A stretch of 64,000 nucleotides of DNA. It comes from a virus. The position numbers and the translations under genes were made by a program. A model generated the notes under the pieces. That model made no database searches. It saw nothing but the letters and a program-made list of their open reading frames with translations, and was not told the DNA's origin. This document shows positions 44,699 to 50,228 of this stretch, piece after piece (the first letter of the stretch is position 1; every line of letters starts with the position of its first letter). The stretch covers positions 1 through 64,000 of IMG/VR virus record IMGVR_UViG_3300033489_000005; one strand, 5' to 3'.

Positions 44699-45007
44699 TC
44701 AATCGCGTTTGTATGAAGAGTTAAATTCGCTATTCAGCTGTAAAGCTATATGTTCTTTGGCCTCGTCTAGCGACTCAGCCCTAAAAAATCGCTTCATTCT
44801 ATCCCACTGCACTATAATGTAGTAATTGGGATAACAAACTGTTTTATATTTGCCAGTAAATTTCCCCCCTCGTCTCACAGGTTCTTTTTCAAACTTCATA
44901 TCAAATACACATTCAATAGGGTCATACCCATTTACCTCAAGAGTGAACCCCTTGGGCGTGTCTTTACCTAACTTTACATCATTCGGCATAAGAAATGGCG
45001 CGCCCAT
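44699..45007 (-). CDS. hypothetical protein
   Basis: 102-aa AT-rich ORF with a TAATG overlap. Confidence 0.6.
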   Translation of the reverse strand: MGAPFLMPNDVKLGKDTPKGFTLEVNGYDPIECVFDMKFEKEPVRRGGKFTGKYKTVCYPNYYIIVQWDRMKRFFRAESLDEAKEHIALQLNSEFNSSYKRD

Positions 45008-45264
45008 TAGTATTCACTCCACATAAGGTTACCTTCTCTGCCCATTCCAATCCCGTAAGCATCAAGCGTGGCTTGCGCCAGTTCTTTCCGGAGCTTGATG
45101 ACCCTTTCGGTCAGCATGGCAAACGACAGCTTGGCGCGCTTGCACACATCGCTGTCAGGGCTAAACCGCCCGGCAATGCGTTCAGCGCTTTCGCGCCTGG
45201 ACATAGCCTCTCGATATTCGGCTTCAATCCGTTCGATTGAAGCCAATGCATCTACAAGTTGCAT
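45007..45264 (-). CDS. hypothetical protein
   Basis: The ATG at 45264 is preceded by AAAGGTGAG. Confidence 0.6.
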   Translation of the reverse strand: MQLVDALASIERIEAEYREAMSRRESAERIAGRFSPDSDVCKRAKLSFAMLTERVIKLRKELAQATLDAYGIGMGREGNLMWSEY

Positions 45265-45292
45265 CCTTCTCACCTTTCGCTTGCGTTAATCG

Positions 45293-45322
45293 CTACAGAG
45301 AGCGTTTAAACGCTCTCTGTAG
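45293..45322. repeat. 30-bp perfect palindrome CTACAGAGAGCGTTTAAACGCTCTCTGTAG
   Basis: Intergenic. Its flanks are conserved with the copies at 45680 and 46006. Confidence 0.95.
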
Positions 45323-45334
45323 ATTTAACACACT

Positions 45335-45649
45335 CTAAAGACCATTAAACGCGTCAAGCATGTCTTGATAACGAATATCGTCATAGTATGCTGTTATCTC
45401 ACGTCTCCACTGCTTACGCTTTGTGGCGTCTTTTGGAACGTATTTTAGAGGACAACTCCATGCTTCACGTTGCATACGTTTCTTTTCTAAGCGCATTGTG
45501 CGCTTTCTAAGCTCCGTTTTTGCTTTGATTTTGGTATATCTTAATCCTGGGATACTTCCTTCCGCATTAAATCTAACAGCATAGTGTTTCTTTCCTTTGA
45601 ATATGAAATGAATATTCATCACCATGCCACAGCAGATATAATCAGACAT
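45335..45649 (-). CDS. hypothetical protein
   Basis: The ATG at 45649 is preceded by AAAGGTG. Confidence 0.6.
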   Translation of the reverse strand: MSDYICCGMVMNIHFIFKGKKHYAVRFNAEGSIPGLRYTKIKAKTELRKRTMRLEKKRMQREAWSCPLKYVPKDATKRKQWRREITAYYDDIRYQDMLDAFNGL

Positions 45650-45679
45650 AAGTTTCACCTTTCGTTATGTGTTGATGGA

Positions 45680-45707
45680 TACAGAGAGCGTTTAAACGCT
45701 CTCTGTA
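45680..45707. repeat. 28-bp perfect palindrome TACAGAGAGCGTTTAAACGCTCTCTGTA
   Basis: Intergenic. Confidence 0.95.
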
Positions 45708-45721
45708 GATTTAACACAAGT

Positions 45722-45979
45722 TTAACTATCTGCTTTCCAAACAATCGTTTTATCTGTGAAAACAATATCTGCGTGAGTGTTGAGCATCATTTGAGCAACG
45801 GCTTTCGCGGCTTGCGTCATGCTATCGTATCTCTGCTCTTTCTGCTTATTAAACCACTCCTTATCATGAGTATCATAGTGGTCTGGATATGGGCTTAACC
45901 ATACCTGATAATCATGTGAGCACTGATACAGATAAGCCAGCGCCTTATCTAATGTAAGTTCTGTGTTTTCTTCCATCAT
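45722..45979 (-). CDS. hypothetical protein
   Basis: 85-aa ORF with RBS GGAGAAAGG. Confidence 0.6.
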   Translation of the reverse strand: MMEENTELTLDKALAYLYQCSHDYQVWLSPYPDHYDTHDKEWFNKQKEQRYDSMTQAAKAVAQMMLNTHADIVFTDKTIVWKADS

Positions 45980-46005
45980 ACTCGCCTTTCTCCATGTGTT
46001 GATGA

Positions 46006-46035
46006 TTACAGAGAGTGTTTAAACACTCTCTGTAA
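46006..46035. repeat. 30-bp perfect palindrome TTACAGAGAGTGTTTAAACACTCTCTGTAA (outer arms TGTGTTGA/TCAACACA extend it to about 50 bp)
   Basis: Intergenic. It carries compensated symmetric changes (CG to TG and CG to CA) relative to the other copies. Confidence 0.95.
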
Positions 46036-46047
46036 GTTCAACACACA

Positions 46048-46239
46048 TCAATAATAACGTATTTTCTTAGGAAAACGCTTTCCTGACAGCTTTCGTAGCA
46101 GTTTTAGCGCTCGCGTCTTCAGTGTGTCGTGCGTTAATGCACCGAGGCGTATACCGCTCAACTCTTCCTCAACAACGTAATTCCTACGCCCAATTCTGTT
46201 ATCTTCGATTGTCATGATAAATTTGCGTTTTCGCATCAC
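46048..46239 (-). CDS. hypothetical protein
   Basis: 63-aa basic ORF. Confidence 0.55.
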   Translation of the reverse strand: MMRKRKFIMTIEDNRIGRRNYVVEEELSGIRLGALTHDTLKTRALKLLRKLSGKRFPKKIRYY

Positions 46240-46469
46240 ACAACTCCTTGCTCTCGCATACGGAGTGCGCGCGCTTGCGCCACATGAAAGCGCGCAAGCC
46301 CATACTCCCCATAAAATCTATGGACTCTGGCTGACTCCAACAGTTCACTGTGTGAACCGTACGGAACCCATTTTTTAGAACGTGCTAATATATCAGCCAT
46401 AAGTTTAAGTTCTGAGAACATACATAACTCCCCCATAGGAAATGTTCTCACAATGAGAACACTCGCCAT
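46236..46469 (-). CDS. hypothetical protein (first gene of the leftward early cluster)
   Basis: 77-aa ORF with an ATGA overlap. Confidence 0.55.
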   Translation of the reverse strand: MASVLIVRTFPMGELCMFSELKLMADILARSKKWVPYGSHSELLESARVHRFYGEYGLARFHVAQARALRMREQGVV

Positions 46470-46761
46470 GAGGCGCTTGTACGCTTCAACCCATGGTGGA
46501 AGTCTTTAAACCCATAATCGCACTACGGGCATAAAGATCATTTACAATTTCAAAGAGCACTGCTTAGCAGACACACTTATGGCTTGCGGCCAAAAGCGCC
46601 TATGAAGGGTCAAAACCGGGGTAAACCCAGGGAAACCATCACCAAAACCTCACTAACTCAATTCATGCATTCACCATCAACATAAAAACACAACATATCA
46701 TTTCGTGCAAGCCTATTTCATCGGTTGTGGTAAAAAAATCTTTTCAACCTAAAATACCCCT

Positions 46762-46814
46762 CACAGAGGGCGTTTAAACGCACACTAATATGTTGCGTTT
46801 AAACGCCCTCTGTG
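46762..46814. promoter_or_regulatory. twin-operator-like inverted repeat in the divergent control region
   Basis: CACAGAGGGCGTTTAAACGC (46762-81), a 13-nt spacer, then GCGTTTAAACGCCCTCTGTG (46795-814). It lies between the divergent gene blocks (46469 leftward, 46878 rightward). Candidate -35/-10 elements overlap each arm. Confidence 0.55.
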
Positions 46815-46877
46815 CCAAATATGGGTTGGGTTGGTTATACCGAATAACTAACACGGTGATAAAGAAGGAAAAACAAT

Positions 46878-47453
46878 ATGTTAGCTAAATTGACGCGTGA
46901 AGGTTGGCTCGAACTGGCAATATCAAGACTGAAGCCACGTTTTGTTGAACATGGCGTGCAACTGCCTGACAATATCAGAGTAACAGTAGGGTTTACCTCA
47001 CGGGGCGGCAAAAAGGCGATAGGTCAAGTGTGGTCAGATACAGCATCTGAGGGCGGATACTATGAGATATTCATCCACCCCAGTCTTGAGCAAGCAAAAG
47101 CGCTGGGCGTGCTAGTTCATGAGTTGGTGCATATCGGAGTTGGGTTGAAAGCAGGCCATGGCCAACAGTTTAAGAAGATAGCTATCAAAGTTGGGTTGAC
47201 TGGCAAAATGCGAGCCACGGAAGAAACTGAAGAACTATTGGAGCATTTCAAGGATCTAGACTTGCCTGATTACCCCCATTACGTACTGAATTCTGACGCA
47301 ATATCCTCAGGACCAAAGAAACAAAGCACAAGACTAATAAAAGCAGAGTGCATTATTTGCGGATACAACTTCAGAATAACTCAGAAATGGATAGACGAGG
47401 CAGGATTACCTGATTGCCCTTGCTGTCGCGAGCCGATGACTGTGGCAGCGTAG
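46878..47453 (+). CDS. SprT-like zinc metalloprotease-domain protein with C-terminal zinc ribbon
   Basis: HELVH motif (LVHELVHIGVG) and C-terminal CIICG...CPCC. Confidence 0.55.
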   Translation: MLAKLTREGWLELAISRLKPRFVEHGVQLPDNIRVTVGFTSRGGKKAIGQVWSDTASEGGYYEIFIHPSLEQAKALGVLVHELVHIGVGLKAGHGQQFKKIAIKVGLTGKMRATEETEELLEHFKDLDLPDYPHYVLNSDAISSGPKKQSTRLIKAECIICGYNFRITQKWIDEAGLPDCPCCREPMTVAA

Positions 47454-47460
47454 GGTAATA

Positions 47461-47486
47461 CAGCGAGGCGTTTAAACGCCTCGCTG
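47461..47486. repeat. 26-bp perfect palindrome CAGCGAGGCGTTTAAACGCCTCGCTG
   Basis: Lies 8 nt downstream of the stop of 46878..47453. Confidence 0.95.
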
Positions 47487-47550
47487 ACTATTCGAAATAT
47501 GCACGAATATTGATATTCCAGAATACATGTTATGCGAATGGAGAGACGAC

Positions 47551-47868
47551 ATGCTGACAACCATCACACGTATATTCGGAATGACCATGAGACGCCCACA
47601 GAAGCCCACAGAAGCCCCCAAGCCCAGAGAGGCTACGCCCATAGCAGTGTATGCCAGAAGGGCGCTAGAAGAGCTGGAATGGCTGTCTGAGCAGGTTTAT
47701 TGGGAGGGGTTAAGGGAAGAGCGTCAAGCGGCAGTTGAGCTAGCGGCGTTTGAGCGGGAGCAAGCGGCAATCGGCGCCCGACAACTGGCAGCCAAGCGCA
47801 GGGAATGGAGCAAGCGGATGCATGCGGCCAAGGCAGCCAAGAAGGCAGCAATGAAGAAAGCTAAATGA
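47551..47868 (+). CDS. hypothetical basic coiled-coil protein
   Basis: The ATG at 47551 is preceded by GGAGAG. The track start is 47527. Confidence 0.55.
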   Translation: MLTTITRIFGMTMRRPQKPTEAPKPREATPIAVYARRALEELEWLSEQVYWEGLREERQAAVELAAFEREQAAIGARQLAAKRREWSKRMHAAKAAKKAAMKKAK

Positions 47869-47886
47869 TATCAATGAGTTATCAAT

Positions 47887-47910
47887 GCGAGAGCGTTTAA
47901 ACGCTCTCGC
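47887..47910. repeat. 24-bp perfect palindrome GCGAGAGCGTTTAAACGCTCTCGC
   Basis: Lies 19 nt downstream of the stop of 47551..47868. Confidence 0.95.
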
Positions 47911-47984
47911 CATACGCCAACGATATCAATGGGTTAGTATACATTTACACATTTGAGTATTCCATAACACAGGGGCTAGCTCCC

Positions 47985-48006
47985 GTGAAACATTTAAATG
48001 TTTCAC
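47985..48006. repeat. 22-bp perfect palindrome GTGAAACATTTAAATGTTTCAC
   Basis: Intergenic, centred on ATTTAAAT, upstream of the tRNA and the late genes. Confidence 0.95.
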
Positions 48007-48178
48007 AGCCGGAGGGGGGAGGGGCCCCTGGCCAAGGCCCGAGCTTTGGCTAAGCGTCGTCCAAAAATTTTTTTGAAATTTTCTGGTAGGGCCAAAACCC
48101 CCTTGCCGCTGCCCGGTCCCTGACTTATGTTCCCCAAGCTCATTGCGTTTCTTTCTGAGTCCCGGCGGCCGGTCTTAA

Positions 48179-48255
48179 TGCGGGATAGAGAAGTGGCCCA
48201 TCTCGTCGGTCTCATAAACCGGAAACCGGCAGTTCGAATCTGCCTCCCGCTCCCA
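48179..48255 (+). tRNA. tRNA(CAT), Met/initiator-like, with encoded CCA
   Basis: Hand-folded: GAGA/TCTC D stem, TCGGT-CTCATAA-ACCGG anticodon arm, GGCAG-TTCGAAT-CTGCC T arm, acceptor TGCGGGA/TCCCGCT with a 1:72 U-U mismatch, then C-CCA. Confidence 0.75.
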
Positions 48256-48275
48256 ACTATCAGGACCACCAACCC

Positions 48276-48482
48276 ATGAAGCCCAACGCCGCCATTGCCT
48301 TCTTTGTTTTTGTCGTCTTCCTTATCATCAGCTCAGCAATCTATCACGCCCACGCCGCCGGTAGCTGCACGTACGAAACGCGCATCCGCCACGCCGAGGG
48401 CGGCGGGACGGTCGCCGTCACCGTCCGTATCTGTTGCGACGCCAGAGGCCGGTGCACGGAAACCGTCATCCCGAATCGCTAA
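48276..48482 (+). CDS. small secreted/membrane Cys-rich protein
   Basis: Signal-peptide or TM-like N-terminus (AIAFFVFVVFLIISSAIYHAHA) followed by 5 Cys. Confidence 0.55.
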   Translation: MKPNAAIAFFVFVVFLIISSAIYHAHAAGSCTYETRIRHAEGGGTVAVTVRICCDARGRCTETVIPNR

Positions 48483-48552
48483 AAATCTACCCATGACCCC
48501 GATGTCATGGGTAAATTATCTCGTTTTTTACCCATGACTCAGGAATCCAGCC

Positions 48553-48822
48553 ATGCCCCAGAAAATCACTGTCCACACGTCGGGGTTCATTATCATCGAG
48601 AACTCGGACGCCGAGCCCTGCAGGCTTCCCGGCGCCTTCTCTCTGGCCATCGATAAAATCTATTGCGTCTCCCCATTCCAGTACGAGGGCGGCGGCGAAG
48701 GCGTCGTTGTCTACGTTGACGGCTCAGACGAGGTATACAACGTTGAGCTGCCGCTCATAACGGTCCTGAACGCCATCGCCGACGCGGCCCGCATGCGCGC
48801 AATCGATCTGAAGCACATCTGA
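48553..48822 (+). CDS. hypothetical protein
   Basis: 89-aa ORF. Confidence 0.6.
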   Translation: MPQKITVHTSGFIIIENSDAEPCRLPGAFSLAIDKIYCVSPFQYEGGGEGVVVYVDGSDEVYNVELPLITVLNAIADAARMRAIDLKHI

Positions 48823-49034
48823 TGCCGTCGCGCGCTAATCCTCCGGCCCGGCCGACCCGATGGTCAGACACACAGCAGCGCAAGGATTTTGACCGTATCC
48901 GGCAACTGTGGTCCGAGTGGAAGAACAAGCACACCGGCGACTTTCTTGAGATAGAGGAAGCCGCCGATGGCATAGACGCGGCGCTTGAAGTTCTGGACGA
49001 ATTGATGAAAGGTCGTATCATATACGACGAGTAA
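48822..49034 (+). CDS. hypothetical protein
   Basis: 70-aa ORF with a TGATG overlap. Confidence 0.6.
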   Translation: MPSRANPPARPTRWSDTQQRKDFDRIRQLWSEWKNKHTGDFLEIEEAADGIDAALEVLDELMKGRIIYDE

Positions 49035-49054
49035 TCATTCGGGAGTCCAGCCCC

Positions 49055-49579
49055 ATGGCGTCTATCAGTTTTATCAAACCGGCTCTGCCGGTAATCGACC
49101 CAACAAAGCAGCGCGCCCCCGCGCCGGAAGCCCAAGAGCTGCAATGCTCGACCACCATCCAGATGCAGGGCGCGCTGACCGTCGCTATAGAAGCTCCGGC
49201 CGATGACCAGCTTTTATTTAAGCTTGTCCCCCCAGCCGACCGGCAGCAGGGAATGCTCAAGCTCGTTTGGGTTCAGTCGTCCATTCGCGCGCTTATGCCG
49301 ACCGTCAACCAGATGGTTGAGCAGGCGCTTGTTCAGACACAGCTTTTCCCCATCGCCCGTGTCGTGAATCCGGCGTTCGCCACCGACGCCCAAGGCGGCC
49401 TGCTTTATCTTTTTCAAGTGCCCGTCAGCACGTTCCCGCCCCAGCAAGCGCCATCCCCCACGCCCCAACAGCGCCCGGCTGCGCCCGGCCCCATCGAGCC
49501 GCTTCCTTACACGACAAACCCGGCGATGACCCAGGCGGACATTGACGCTTTAATTGGGGTGTCCAATGGCGGCGCGTAA
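49055..49579 (+). CDS. hypothetical protein
   Basis: 174-aa ORF. Confidence 0.6.
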   Translation: MASISFIKPALPVIDPTKQRAPAPEAQELQCSTTIQMQGALTVAIEAPADDQLLFKLVPPADRQQGMLKLVWVQSSIRALMPTVNQMVEQALVQTQLFPIARVVNPAFATDAQGGLLYLFQVPVSTFPPQQAPSPTPQQRPAAPGPIEPLPYTTNPAMTQADIDALIGVSNGGA

Positions 49580-50228
49580 GGGCGAGCCACACGGGCAGGT
49601 CAACCCGAAGACGGGGCTTGTCCCCCGTCAGGAGTTGTTTTGTCAGTATATCGTCGCTGGGATGACCCTGGCCGAGGCCACCAAGCTTGCCGGTTACCAG
49701 ATAACGTCCGCCGCGACCACCAAGCGCGACATAGACCAGTATTGGTCAGAACGAGGCGCTAAAATACGGAAAGCTCCGCTCGTTCAGGCGCGCATCGGCG
49801 TGTTGATGGCTGAACAAGCGGAAGTGCTGGCCAAGCAGCGCAATCAGCTGTCTGATAAATTTCAGATGAACATCGAGCGCTTGACGGAGATGCTTCTTCA
49901 GGACAGGCATTTCGCCCGAACTGGCCGTCTGTCCATGGAGGAGAACGCCGAGGTTCAGCCGGACCATCGGCCGGACGCCCGCGCCGCCGTGCAGGCCTCC
50001 ATGGGGCTCGCCAAGCTGCACGGCCTCTTAATCGACAAGTCGGAAATCACCGTCCAGGGTTCGATTACCCGGATGTCGAATGAGGAGCTTTTGCGGTTCA
50101 TCGACACTGTGCATAAGGAAATCGGCCCCATGATTGAGGTAGAGGCCCTGGAGATTCCGGACTCCCCCCGACAGCGGCGTCTACCGGCTAAGAAGGGGCA
50201 TGTGGTTCTGGATTTAGACAATGACTGA
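49566..50228 (+). CDS. terS: terminase small subunit
   Basis: LVPRQELFCQYIVAGMTLAEATKLAGYQ... fits the HTH N-terminus typical of TerS, and the gene is immediately upstream of TerL. Confidence 0.7.
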   Translation: MAARKGEPHGQVNPKTGLVPRQELFCQYIVAGMTLAEATKLAGYQITSAATTKRDIDQYWSERGAKIRKAPLVQARIGVLMAEQAEVLAKQRNQLSDKFQMNIERLTEMLLQDRHFARTGRLSMEENAEVQPDHRPDARAAVQASMGLAKLHGLLIDKSEITVQGSITRMSNEELLRFIDTVHKEIGPMIEVEALEIPDSPRQRRLPAKKGHVVLDLDND

